A stretch of DNA of 63,948 nt, filler included, from Chiloscyllium plagiosum (GCF_004010195.1; 5 parts of one record of this genome joined end to end with filler, not necessarily neighbours in it), one strand, 5' to 3'; shown: positions 1 through 12,723, numbered from the whole stretch's first letter. Notes: generated by a model from the sequence alone, not told the origin. Translations and numbers: made by a program.

Positions 1-395
1 TGGACCAGATTGATAGGGAGGAAGGTGGACACATAGGAACATTCAAAAGGGCAGTGCTGACTTGGAAGGTTGGAGTAGGATAAGGTGGGATTAGGCGAAA
101 TGGGGAAATGGGGAAAACCACTTATGATCCCCTGTGGTTGGAGGGTCCCAAGGCAGAAGAGGAGGCTTTCTTCCTCCAGGCTTCTGCTGGCTCGGGTTTG
201 GGGATGGAGCAGGTCAAGGACCCTTATGTCCGTGGCAGAGTGGGAAGGGGAATTGAAGTGCTCAGCCACAAGGTGATGGATTTGTTCAATGTGGTTGTCC
301 CAGAGGTGCTCCCTGAAATGATCCACAAGTTGACCTCCTGCCTCGCCAATGTAGAGAAGACCACATTAGGTTTAATGGATGCAGTAGATGCAGCG
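1..395 (-). mobile_element. Penelope-like element family A, 3' fragment (GIY-YIG end)
   Basis: ORF 85..276(+) matches the antisense ORF 55486..55755(-) of the Penelope GIY-YIG region (IPCGWRVPR..RRxSS, EWEGELKCSAT), so the element lies on the minus strand here. Confidence 0.85.
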
Positions 396-660
396 TTCTG
401 TCTCCCTTCGTCACCTATCACTTTCAACCCCACCTTCATCTACCTATCGCAATCCCATCGCAATCCCAGCTACCTCCCTCCTGCCGCACTCCCTTCCCAT
501 TTATCTCTCAGCCCCCTTGGCCTAGAAGCTTCATTCCTGATGAAAGGCTTATGCCCGAAACATCGATTTATCTACTCTTAGTATGCTGCCTGACTGTGCT
601 TTTCCAGCACCACACACTTCGGCTCTGATCTCCAGCATCTGTAGTCCCCCACTTTCTCCT
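396..660 (+). mobile_element. Inverted pseudo-LTR (pLTR) of Penelope family A
   Basis: Homologous to 55840-56080 (cacctatc..cctgatgaaaggcttatgcccgaaac..gctgcctgac..ctccagcatctg), opposite in orientation to the adjacent body. Confidence 0.8.
533..568 (+). ncRNA. Degenerate minimal hammerhead ribozyme motif
   Basis: CTGATGA (537-543), A, stem II aggc-ttat-gccc, GAAAC-ATC; substitutions relative to the intact copy at 55954. Confidence 0.55.
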
Positions 661-1289
661 CACAACTTCATGGCTTGCATGACTCAGATTTATAACGGTT
701 ACTGCAAATAAAACAAAACTGCCGTGTACTCAAACAGCATAAAAGAAAACCAATACATTTTGGTCACTGTTCCCAAAACGTCCTTTCCAGCAAAATTTTC
801 AATTAGCTCTTCTGATCACTCAACACCAATTCCTAAATAACCTGATCTCGAGCTCAGTGCCCAACATTATGTTAATGTAAACCATCTCACACGTGGTCAT
901 GAAATCCATTTTTCCCAGCATTAGCATTCAATTGGGTTAACACAGTTTAGATATAATTTAAACAGTACATTATTACTGAAGTACCCACAAATGTGTATAT
1001 TTCATTTCCTGTTTTATAACATGTCTAGCATTTGTATTGCAGCTTTCACTTTGATATATAACTCCCATCAATGTTTGCTCCTCCTTGCTGTTTTTGCGCT
1101 CCACCTTACTAGATTCTGTGGAATCTGAGCGACGCGGGCTCTGGGGAGATTAATGGTAGAGATCATCTCGCCACATCATTTATGATCTTCTCCAACTTTA
1201 ACTTCTCCAGATCTCCCGTTATGCTGATGGAGTAGAGAAGGACAATGATCTTCCAACAATGCTCTGTATTCGGCAAGAGAGCTGAGACA

Positions 1290-1560
1290 GCTCTAACCTC
1301 GGTGGGAACTTTACAACAGGCTGGTAAAGTGTTTCTGCTGCTGTACAGAGAGATCACATATGGAGTAGTGTGTACAGATTTAATCTCTTCAATGAAGAAA
1401 GGATGTTGTTATATTGGAAGCAGCTCAGAGATGGTTCCCTCAACTGATTCCTGCAATGAAGGTGCTAGCTTATAACGAAAGGATGATCAGGTTGACCCAG
1501 TAGCCATTGGAGTTTACAAAAATTAAAGATGATCTTATTTGAGCATAGCTGACAGAAGGA
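1290..1560 (+). mobile_element. Old CR1 LINE ORF2 3' fragment
   Basis: Degenerate match to the LEYCVQFWSP..KKDV.ALE.VQRRFT region (ggagtagtgtgtacagatt..aaggatgtt..ttggaagcagctcagagatggttc). Confidence 0.6.
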
Positions 1561-1599
1561 GTTAACAAGTGAAGTGAAGTACACAGATAATGGAGGAAT

Positions 1600-2330
1600 C
1601 CATTCTGTTCTCCAGCCTGTTACACAGGAACAACAGGAGGATATTCAGGCCTTCAACACTGTTACACCACAACAGGACGAGGCTATTCAACCCCTATACA
1701 TTTACAGAAGGAGGCCAATCAGCCACTCGAGCCTGTAACAGTAGGCCATACTGCATCAGTATCCTGTTATACAGCAACAGGATCAGTCCATTCAGCCTGC
1801 ACAAGTCTGTAAAATAGGAACTGGAAGAGGTCACACAGTGACTGGAGATTGTTACACTGGGATAACAGGAGGCCATTCAGACCCACCGAGCCTATTGCAA
1901 GGGAATTGGATAGGATAAAAACTATCTGAGACTTCTTTCATGAGAAAGGAAGAGGTAATTTAGACACGTCTCTGTTGTATGGGAACAAGAGAAGACCAAT
2001 CAATCCCTCGGTTCCATCTCCGGGATACATGAGGAGACCGGTCAGTATATCCACCTGTTATGGAGAAGTATGAGAAGACCCATCAGCCCCTCAAAATGTT
2101 ACACAGCAACAGGAAGATTCCATAATCTCCCAATCCTCTAACACATCAACAGGAGGTGGTCATTCTGTCCTTGGAGATGTCAACATGGGAACACCTGAAA
2201 GACGTCAGCCCATCGAGTTTGTACACCAGCAGGATGATGAGTCCATTCAGCCACACGTGGCTCTTACTCTGCAATTGGAGCAGATCTCTTAAAGCCTTGT
2301 ACCCATTAAACAGGAATTTAAAGAAAACGT
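1600..2330. repeat. Degenerate ~40-42 bp tandem array (ctgttacacaggaacaggaggaggccattcagccc-like)
   Basis: Recurrent ctgttacac / aacagga / ggccattcagc motifs at ~40-bp spacing; related units at ~13510-13605 and 16960-17455. Confidence 0.7.
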
Positions 2331-2399
2331 TAAGGTTTTCAAAAGGGAAGAGCTTGTAATAATGGTATACGTTAGGGAGTAAAGTGTAACAATAAACTA

Positions 2400-3241
2400 T
2401 TGTAATTTAAGGCAAATTTTTAGAGTCCATTGTTCAGGACATTTGCAAACTCAAACCACAATTCGTCAGAGTAACATGGTTTTACGAAGGCTAAATCGTG
2501 TTTGCATTGTTTGCTTGAGTTATTTGAAGATGTCACAAACAAGGTGGATAGTGGGAATCCTGGAGATGGAACATATCTGGTCTTCCTGAAGGCATCGGAT
2601 ATGTCGCTTCTCCAAAGAGTAAATGGTAAGATCAGACAACATGGGTTTAGGAGTAATTTATTAGCTTGGATGGAGGATTGGTTAACCAACAAAATGTAGT
2701 CAGATGGAATAAATGTGTCATTTTCTTTTGGCAAATGCAGTTTGTGCCATCCATTTCAGTACTCATGCCTCAAGCATTTGCAATCGATGTTATTACTCTA
2801 CTTGGTTGACGGGAGAGAAAATTACAATGCCACATTTTCAGATGACACTAACATCGATGGGAAATTACTTCGGAATGATGATGCAAGAGATTTCATGCCT
2901 CAAGCATTTGCAATCGATGTTATTACTCTACTTGGTTGACGGGAGAGAAAATACAATGCCACATTTTCAGATGACACTAACATCGATGGGAAATTACTTC
3001 GGAATGATGATGCAAGAGATTTTAAAACATATGGATAGGTTGGGAGAATAAGCCAACATTTAGCAAGGAAAATTAAAGTGAATAAATATGGGGCTATTCA
3101 AGTTGGCCAGTATAATAGAAAGACAAATTATTATCTAAATGGAGAGAAAGTTCAAAGTGCTTAGGTGCAGAGGGATCTGGGTATCTGCTTGCATATCACA
3201 GAAAACCTGCCAGAAGGTACTGCAAGTAATGAGAAATGCAA
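2400..3241 (+). mobile_element. CR1 LINE RT fragment with internal 130-bp direct duplication
   Basis: ORF 2502..2699 CLLELFEDVTNKVDSGNPGD..HGFRSNLLAWMEDWLT; FSDDTNIDG (FADD motif); 2763-2892 is repeated from 2893. Confidence 0.85.
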
Positions 3242-3780
3242 NNNNNNNNNNNNNNNNNNNNNNNNNNNNNNNNNNNNNNNNNNNNNNNNNNNNNNNNNNN
3301 NNNNNNNNNNNNNNNNNNNNNNNNNNNNNNNNNNNNNNNNNNNNNNNNNNNNNNNNNNNNNNNNNNNNNNNNNNNNNNNNNNNNNNNNNNNNNNNNNNNN
3401 NNNNNNNNNNNNNNNNNNNNNNNNNNNNNNNNNNNNNNNNNNNNTTTTTTTCATGTGGCGCAATCTACAACAAGAGACTAGAGTTTTATGATGGAGAGAT
3501 GGCAGGAAAGTGGAACAGAGGTCGTGTTGACATCAGCCTCATCGAGGGGCTGGATACCTCACAGATGCTCCTTGTTATTATTCAACTCTTCTACTGTGTT
3601 GCCCAGGAATGGGGGAGGACTGGGTATCATGCATGAAGCAGGCACTCAGGATAAATCAGTTAGAGAGAACATAACCAGTACGGTCACACAGTGACCAGCG
3701 CTGGGTTCTCAACTATTTACAATCTATATTAATGATCAGGAGGATAGAAAAGATCTACAGATGCTGAGTTTGGTGATGTC

Positions 3781-5035
3781 CATAAGACCATGAGGCCAGA
3801 TACATAGGAGTGGAAGTAAGGCCATTTGGCCCATCGAGTCCACTCCGCCATTTAATCATAGCTGGTGGGCATTTCAACTCCACTTACCCGCATTCTCCCC
3901 GTCGCCCTTAATTCCTTGTGACATCAAGAATTTGTCAATCTCTGCCTTGAAGACATTTAGCGTCCCGGCCTCCACTGCACTGCGTGGTAATGAATTCCAC
4001 AGGCCCACCACTCTCTGGCTGAAGAAATGTCTCTGCATTTCTGTTCTGAATTGACCCACTTTAATTCTGAGGCTGTGCCCACGGGTGCTCGTCTCCTCGC
4101 CTAACGGAAACATTTTCCTAGCGTCCATCCTTTCCAAGCCATGTATTATTTTGTAGGTTACTATTAGATCTCCCCTTAACCTTCTAAACTCCAATGAACA
4201 CAATCCCACGATCCTCAGCCATTCCTCGTATGTTAGACCTACCATTCCAGGGATCATCCATGTGAATCTCCGCTGGACATGCTCCAGTGCCAGTATGTCC
4301 TTCCTGAGGTGTGGGGCCCAAAACTGGACACAGTACTCCAAATGGGGCCTAACCAGAGATTTATAAAGTCTCAGTAGCACATCGCTACTTTTATATTCCA
4401 ACCCTCTTGAGATAATTGACAACATTGCATTCGCTTTCTTAATCACGGACACAACCTGCATGGTTACCTTTAGACAATCCTCGACTAGCACTCCCAGATC
4501 CCTTTGTACTTTGGCTTTATGAATTTTCTCACCAGTTAGAAAGTAGTCCATGCTTGTATTCTTTTTTCCAAAGTGCAAGACCTCGCATTTGCTCACATTG
4601 AATTCCATCAGCCATTTCCTGGACCACTCTCCCAAACCGTCTAGATCCTTTTGCAGCCTCCCCACTTGCTCAGTACTACTTGCCTGTCCACCTAACTTCG
4701 TATAATTGGCAAACTTCGCTAGAATGCCCCAGTACCTTCATCCAGATCATTAATATATAACGTGAACAGCTGCGGCCCCAACACTGAACCCTGCGGGACA
4801 CCGCTTGTCACCGGCTGCCATTCCAAAAAAAATCCTTTAATCCCAACTCTCTGCCTTCTGTCAGACAGCCAATCCTCAATCCATGCCAGTAGCTCACCTC
4901 GAACACCATGGGCCCTCACCTTACTCAGCAGCCTCCCGTGTGGCACCTTATCAAAGGCCTTTTGGGAGTCTAGATAGACCACATCCACTGGGTTTCCCTG
5001 GTCTAACCTACTTGTCACTTCTTCAAAGAATTCCT
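3781..5035 (-). mobile_element. Young 5'-truncated CR1 LINE (RT C-terminal half plus 3' tail)
   Basis: ORFs 4719..5018 ([19 protein letters not shown]) and 3874..4665 (LVRPHLEYCVQFW, RGDLI, FSQRVV.LWN.LP); 3' tail near 3781; ATGTC at both ends (3776-3780, 5036-5040). Confidence 0.95.
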
Positions 5036-5249
5036 ATGTCGCTGTGATAAGCAAGAGATTAAGTTATCAAGAGAGGGTTGAGAGTCTGCAAATAGATTCA
5101 GAGAGGTAAAGACAATAGATAATAGTTTGGCAGGTGGAATTTAACATGATATAACCTGTCATTCCATATACAGGAATAATGGAAGGCAGTATGTTACTGA
5201 AATGGAGAGGGATTACAGGACTTTGTGATACTGTGTACTGGGGGGTTCA

Positions 5250-5850
5250 CTCAGATCCGTTCAGACATGGGAGGTTTTGCTCCATCCCTGATCGTCAGCT
5301 CCCAGACACTCCAAGTGACCCCATTGCTCTCCGTACACATGGAATACTTTGATGTGGTTGATTGGTGGTGGGGATGGTGTTTTGAAATGTGCATCAAGGG
5401 GATGGCCTTTATCCAAGATATATTCATTTCTTTCCATGTGGAGACCCGATGACCATGGGAATGGCTGACTGCTTCTGAATGAAGAGGCCGTGACTGCTGC
5501 CAGGACAGTGGGTATTCACCAACATGATGTATACTGTAACATGAATAGAGAGAGAGCTCCGACAGTTCCTCTACCTCTCCCCATTGACATGAGTACTCTG
5601 CAGATGACATGTGCACCATCGGGAATCCCACTATACTGGATACACCCGGCAGCTTCCTGCTGAGGGAGAAACAATCTATTTACCTCATCCACCAATTATA
5701 TCCTCCATCACCGAATGGTGACATTGATGTTGAGATACTGGGATATGATGGATATGTCACCTAGTCCTGCCTGGAAAGTTCTGGATCATAGAAGCTGAAT
5801 GAACCAGTGACCCTAACAGCCACTGGCAGCAGCATCCTCCCCCTGGTGTG
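5250..5850 (-). mobile_element. PIF/Harbinger transposase relic (frameshifted)
   Basis: Manual minus-strand translation gives the ordered motifs FY..FQAGLGDISIISQ, IVGFPMV..STHV, RNCRSSLSIHV, VNTHCPGSSHGLFI and YILDKGHPL, matching the HARBI1-type order (GSFQ..GD..ISQ, GFP.V..IDCTH, NRKG.HS.NVQ, WPGS.HD, GD.GYP). Confidence 0.7.
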
Positions 5851-6660
5851 AAGCTGCAGGTCGTGTTGAAGGAGGTGACACCGCTCTGTGACCAGCTCCT
5901 TGTTCAGTCAGGGTCCCCTCACACTCTGCTCCTGGGTTAAGTGAAGCTTGGGAAGCAGTTCCTGAAAAACCCGATGTGGATACAGCAGATTCCTTCCCCA
6001 CACACACTCACTGCGTGTTTTCAGAGCTTCCCCTCTCTGTAGCCTCTGCTCCATTTGTTGTTCATGTTACAGGCTCAGATGCTGTAACTACAGTCCCCAT
6101 GCTCCATCCAGAGTTGGGTCACCAAATCCTCAGCTCTCCCTGAATGTCTGAGGCAGCTCACAGCACATCCTCCAGCAAACCATCCCCAGCCCCTCCACTA
6201 CATTTTCAATTACAGGAGCCAGTCAGAAACCCCTCGGTACAAGTGCTGTGGACCAGACCAGATCCCCCCAGAATTTTTAAGCAGGCCGCTTAGACCCAAA
6301 CCTTTCCTTATTTTGAATATGGATGTGAAGTGTGCATTCCAGGTATGTTGTGACTAGTCAAACCACTCAACATTAAGCAAAATATAAAGATATATTCAAA
6401 TACAGATCCTTACAGCAGTTTTCCAATCCAGGAGGAAACAACATCAACAGAGAACTCAGAGAGAAAAGCAGCTCGGGATCATGAAAACTTTCAACCCTTT
6501 TGGGATCCCCAGCAGCTTCTGAATGCTGCAGCTAAAAACAAAATGAGAAACCCTGGTCTGGGAGAGCTGGCCACTGCTCTTCTATTTTTATCACCGTTTT
6601 AATGAAACCACTTAGGCTTTCTCAGTTATTTACTTGGAGTGTTTTCAGACAGCAGTTTGA

Positions 6661-6979
6661 AGATTAGATTAGATTACTTACAGTGTGGAAACAGGCCCTT
6701 CGGCCCAACAAGTCCACACCGCCCTACCGAAGCGCAACCCACCCATACCCCTACATCTACCCCATACCTAACACTATGGGCAATTTAGCATGGCCAATTC
6801 ACCTAACCCGCACATTTTTTTTTGGATTGTTGGAGGAAACCAGAGCACCCGGAGGAAACCCACGCAGACACGGGGAGAATGTGCAAACTCCACACAGTCA
6901 GTCGCCTGAGGTGGGAATTGAACCCAGGTCTCTGACGCTGTGAGGCAGCAGTGCTAACCACTGTGCCACTGTGCTGCCC
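6661..6979 (-). mobile_element. HE1-type tRNA-derived SINE inserted in an LTR
   Basis: Head ggcacagtggttagcactgctgcctcacagc..gggttcaattccc; (TAATC)n tail; near-identical to 33426-33708. Confidence 0.9.
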
Positions 6980-8814
6980 ACAGTTCTGCACCTCTGCCTT
7001 TAAAACCTCTCTTAAAAAAAAATCCCAAGAGAAAATACAGTGGTAATATTCTCACAACTCCATCTTTAATAAAATAATCCATCAATATACAAAGGTGGAT
7101 TCATTTTAGACCTCCTAATCTTCCTCTGTTAGTAGACTGAAATGCATATACTTTACATTGACTGTGAGCATACAAATGTTCACAACTAGTTTCGATTTCA
7201 ATCATTTTACTCCTGCCGCAGAATGCCTTTGTCTTTCTTCATCCAAGTCTCCACAACGTGTCAAAACTTAAGTTTTCTCGCCCTGTCACCTGTATAATTT
7301 CAAACTGAATGGCAGCAATAATAAGCTCAATCGAAACAGACTGGTATTTTTCTCCCTAAACTTCTCCAAAAACTTGAAGAGGTCACGATCAGTGATAAAT
7401 ATTTGTCTCATGTATGTTATTCGCAATGTAAATGCTGAAATATTGTAACGCCAACACCAAGCTCAAAGCCTCCTTCCCCATTGTGGAATACATCTGTTGA
7501 TGTTTCCACTGGACACTCCAATCACACGTTATATAATGGAGCACTTCTCATCTCTCCAATAATCCTTCTGAATGACATAGCTCCTCATGTCTCAGCATAA
7601 AAGAGTTACGTACTTTCTGTACGTCTTAATGCTCTAATCTCTTTACCGGCTACTCATGGCCTATGCCAATAAACCTTACTCTCACAGGGATATGTTTTAA
7701 GAAGATCTCGCACATTCTTCTCAATCTCTCACAGAAACCAAACTTTGATTTCTGAACTTAATCATCATCATAAGACATTTCAGCTTTTAATCTTGCCGTT
7801 TTAACTCTCTGCTCTTCCATACGAGTTTTCACGACTGCAGGAAGTGAATTGTTGAACTTCTCCAAAAGAAGAATCTCTCTAAGTGTGTCATAGTTTTGTT
7901 CTGTTTTTAATACCCTTACCCACCTTTCAAAATTACTTTGTTTGATCCTTTCAAACTCAATGTGCGTTTAACCAGGGACATTTTTTTAGATTCCTGAAAC
8001 AGTCTGTCAGCTTCTGGCACAAGCTCATATGCACTTTAGATGGCATTCTTCACATCCTCATACTCCCCAGATACCTCCTCCGATAGGGATGCAAATACCT
8101 ACCAGCTTTGTTTGGATCAGCTAACTTCACATGATCACTGAGCACTGCATTTGTTTAGCCACTTTCTCAAATGAAAATCCAAAGGCTTCTCCATCCTTCT
8201 CATCAAATTTAAATGCCTGGATGCATTTAAACAAAACCCCATTAGACCATTGGTTACAATGGGGTTGCTCAACCTCACGATCCTCCTCATCCCACCGACC
8301 ATCTACCTTCATCTCCGCCTTCTATGTCAACTTTCCTCTCTAACTGCTAACTTTTTAAGTTGAAACTCTCTGCTCTTCTTCTGTCCTTTTCTCTCTTCAT
8401 TCTTCATTTTTTTCATTTTCTTTTATTTCTGCTTTTCATCATAATTCAAACTGTTTCACTTCCTTCTCGTGTTCAAGGCGCCTCATTTGAAATTGAATTC
8501 TAGCCATTTCCAAAGAGTCTGATGGCGGTTCCACCAAATGTAATTGCCAAGCTATAGCTGCAAATATCTTTCATTTTCTCACAGACAAATGCAACCCCAA
8601 CTCCAGCTTGTCTGTTAATTCCTACAGCTTTGCCTTCATTACCTTTTGTAAAACCCCCAATTTCACTTCTTCCACACCCAGAAAACTCTTAATGACTGAA
8701 AGAATCTTTATACGCAAAACACTGTTTAAACCAACCGAATTCAACATCTGGAACAAAAGACACTAACAGCTACCATACACGACCTTTGAACGCAATAGTC
8801 TCCCGGTGCATAAT

Positions 8815-9065
8815 CTCCAGTGTCTGCATGAGCTTATTCTGGACTCTCTGGTTTCCTCCCACAATCCAAAGATGTGCATGTCAGGTAAATTGATCATGCT
8901 AAATTGTTCATAGTTTTCAGGGATGTGTGGGTTGGGTGCCTTAGTAGGGGTAAATGAGTAATAATAGGGTAAAGGAATGGGTCTGGGTAGGTTACTCCTC
9001 AGAGGTTTGGTGTGGACTTGTTGGGTCGAATGGCCTGTTCGCACACTGTAGGGATTGTAATTCTA
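8815..9065 (+). mobile_element. 5'-truncated HE1-type SINE
   Basis: gtttcctcccacaatccaaagatgtgca..gtggacttgttggg..cacactgtagggatt. Confidence 0.85.
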
Positions 9066-12000
9066 AACCCAATTTGGTATCATCGATTTTGAACCAGACA
9101 AGAGTTCCCAGTTTGCTATAGACCAACCAGACTGCCTCAAACTAGTTTAAGAAGGTAGCTTGGATGCCAACCTTTTCTTATTTTAAAGGTAGATATGAAG
9201 TGGGTGTTCCAATGTGATGCAACTAGTCATACCACTCACCATTAAGTAAAACACAATATATTTAAACACTCTAATGAAAATCCATTCAAAATGACGAGGA
9301 ATTTAGAATAATTTAACTATTGGAAACCTTCACCGATACAGTACCTTCTCAGATGAACTGTTCCAATATACTAACATGCCATAAACACACTCCTTGGCAA
9401 AAAGGAACATTCAGACATACATTCTTGCATACAGTTCTCCAATCCAGGAGGAATCAGCATCAAGTCAGGTTTCAGAGAGATACTAGGCCGTTGTTACTAC
9501 TATTTATTAAAAACCCTAAAAGCGTCGTAAGTCATTTACTTGAGCCGTTTTCAGCAGGCAGTTTGGCCTTTAAGATCTCTTATTTAAAAAAAGGAGAAAA
9601 TAACTTTTTTTTAAAAGTGACAGCATTGTCACACAATTTGGATGTCTGGTCCTTTATCCTAGGGGTTTCCTCGTGCTACTGATCGCAAGGTCACCTGAGA
9701 GGGACAAATTCAGGTACAGACCAAGTTACAAGGATGTGTCTCATAACTTCTGAAACACCCCTGTCCATGGACCATCACGTGGGACATACCGGGAAGTGAA
9801 CAACAGTCTGACACACACCATTTCACTCTTTCTCAGCTTCACAATGATTGCACTCGATACACTAGGGAGCCAAAAGCAAAGGCCAGGGAAAGATATACAG
9901 GGACAGAAAGATTCACCTTCAAGACAGAAAGAGACAGTTAATTAACTGAAAAAATGCTGTGGAAATATGGGGAAAAAACAGGGCAGTGGGATTAACTGGA
10001 GACGTGAGATCTTCGAGAGTAAAATGACAAAAATGAGAACATTGAATAAAGGCATTGTCAGATCAGCTGGAATGGTTTGTTACATCAAATTCTGAATCTG
10101 CTTCACAGAACGCCACAAACAACATAAACTGGGACAAGATGATAGCCCAGCATGGAGAGCTGTGCAGACCACGCTAGTGTGTTGCTCAGTAAACTGCACT
10201 ATCTGCCCAGCATAGAGATTATTGCAAACATTACTATCATATGCAAACTACTGTCTACAATGGGAAGGTTTGCTGTGTGTGTGTGTTCATCAGAAACTGA
10301 GGGACAGTGTGTGTGTGTGCACACGATAGGCATGGTTGAATGTGAAACTCATTGTTTGAGAAGGAACGCACATGGAGGAAATTATTTTAAATAAGAACAA
10401 CTGGCAGGTTTTTTGTTAATTAGCAGAGCAGGAACGAGAGACGTTTCATGGACAGACACGGTAAAGTGTTTGAGAATGTCAAAATAAAAGCATTGGTAAA
10501 GTGTTTGAGAATGTCAAAATAAAAGCATTGCCAGACACAATAGCAATATACGTTGGCATACACATGAATGACAGGTGGATGGGAGTTTGGTTTGAGTTCG
10601 AATCAGATTTGCTTCGGCAAGTTTGAAGCCAGGAGCGTCAGCAGCACATTATTGGCTTCCTTAAGACTGTACTTCACAGCTCAAGGTTCAAACAGCAGAT
10701 GGAATAAACCAGTGAGATATATTCTGGAGTGGTGAGTATTTCAAGTTAGAAATGGTCAGGGCATGGTGTCAGGAATCAGCTAATAGTCAAAGGGATAACC
10801 CACAGTTGAGACTTGTCTGCTTCAGCCGCAGATATTGGTCAGGGATGAGATGGAAACAGTGGCAGGAAGTGGAGTTTGTAACCAGAACAGTGGAGAGTGA
10901 CCTCAATGCTGTTAATATTTAAATAACAAAGGCAGTGATACAATAAATTGTAGTTCTCCGCTGAAACTGAGTAGGTCAACATAGAGACCCATGAGTAACA
11001 CTGCCAGAGCAGAGAAGGAGACAGGAATTGAACACATTCCTTATTGTAGTTAGTAGTGGTCTGTAGAGTGAACATATGGATCGAGAGTTTCAACAGGAAA
11101 ATAATAGGGACAAGAAGTGTAGACTATATAAAAGAACAGTAATAAAGTCATAACTGGTTTATAGAAAAAAAGTCTGGACAGCGACACTTACCAGGAACAC
11201 AGACGATAGCCAGGAAAGGATAATAAATATATTGAATAATGAGAAGAGCGTAATAGATCCGCAATGATAATGACAACCAATTAAATGCAGAAAGATACCA
11301 AACATAAATGTATAAACTCCTGTCTATTGTTGGAACATGCCAATCTAATGTTCCCAGATTCTGATCCATTTTTGGAACATTCCAGTCGAATGTTCTCAGA
11401 TTCTGATCCATTGTTGGAACATTGTTGGAAGATTCTGATCTCTCCTCCCCCTCTCTCCAAATCTGCTGATCCCTGTCAGTGCTGTCGGTGATGGTCCCAC
11501 TCATTTTATGGGATAACACATTGAACGGCGCCCATTTATCATTAAAAGATGGAAATCCTCCACTGGAATAATTAAAATCCATGGAGATTGGCATTAATCA
11601 CAGTCACTGAACAAACACTGGGTAACCGAGCAAAGGCTACGACAACGGATGAATAGGCACTGCACAACAACCAACAGACAGGAGTGTTCCCTCCCAGTTG
11701 GGGAACACTTCAGTGGTCCAGGACATTCAACCTCGGACCTTCTGGTGACCATCCTTCAAGGCGGACTTCAGGACAGGCAGCAGCGAAAAGTGGCCGAGCA
11801 GAGGCTGATAACTAATTTCGGTACCCATAGGGAGAGCCTCAACCGGGACCTTGGGTTCATGTCGCATTACAGGTGACCACCATTGCTCTATACACACACA
11901 TACATACGGACACACATGTACACANNNNNNNNNNNNNNNNNNNNNNNNNNNNNNNNNNNNNNNNNNNNNNNNNNNNNNNNNNNNNNNNNNNNNNNNNCAC

Positions 12001-12555
12001 ACTCACACATGCACCCCCTCACAGACTTAAGACACTCTACATCACTACACACACATATACACTCCCTCTCACACTCAAAACCCCCAACCCAGACAAACAC
12101 ACACACACAAACAGACAAAGACCCACATGCACACATATATTTTGTGGGATGAATTTGTAATTGCAGCGTTACATTGTACTTTGCTCAAAAACTGCATGAA
12201 TTCATGTAAACCTCTGAGCTCAAAAACTGCATGAATTCATGTAAAACTCTATTATCTCACTTTTCAGATTAGAATCAATCTAAACATTATGGTATGGACA
12301 GAAAACACAGGGGGCTAACACCTTCAACATATTGACTAGCTAACACTCATTGTTACAGCTAACCTGAGAATGCAACTTTAAAACAAAAAGGTTTTGTGAT
12401 TTACACATGAAAGAAATGAAACTATCATGGTATTTGAATAGATGAAAGACTCAACAGACAATCAAGATATTTTTCAATGTATAATTTCAGTTACATCAAT
12501 CACACTGTAAATTTTTGCTATAAATTCTGTGCCTTAGAAGTGTGTCCTCCACTAT

Positions 12556-12592
12556 CACCTGATGAAGGAGCGGTGTTCCGAAAGCTAATGTG
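12556..12592 (+). ncRNA. Minimal hammerhead ribozyme motif (copy 1 of tandem pair)
   Basis: cac-CTGATGA-a-ggagc-ggt-gttcc-GAAA-gcTA. Confidence 0.7.
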
Positions 12593-12686
12593 CTTCCAAT
12601 TAAACTTGTTGGACTACAGCCTGGTGTTGTGTGACTTTTAACTTTGTGCTATAAACTCTGTGCCTTAGAAGTGTGTCCTCCACTAT

Positions 12687-12723
12687 CACCTGATGAAGGA
12701 GCGGTGCTCCGAAAGCTAATGTG
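12687..12723 (+). ncRNA. Minimal hammerhead ribozyme motif (copy 2 of tandem pair)
   Basis: cac-CTGATGA-a-ggagc-ggt-gctcc-GAAA-gcTA, perfect stem II. Confidence 0.75.

Larger units (their letters stand above)
6244..9633 (-). mobile_element. Internally deleted Gypsy (Gmr1-like) LTR retrotransposon with both LTRs
   Basis: Diverged direct repeats 6244-7056 and 9114-9633 (TG..CA); flanks CAAG/CAAT (4-bp TSD, 1 mismatch); minus-strand gag (AYELVPEA) and RNase H (HQQMYSTMGKEALSLVLALQYF) remnants. Confidence 0.85.

Noticed and set aside
10440..11600. Possible host coding exons
   Set aside because: No recognisable domain; scattered similarity suggests very old CR1 sequence
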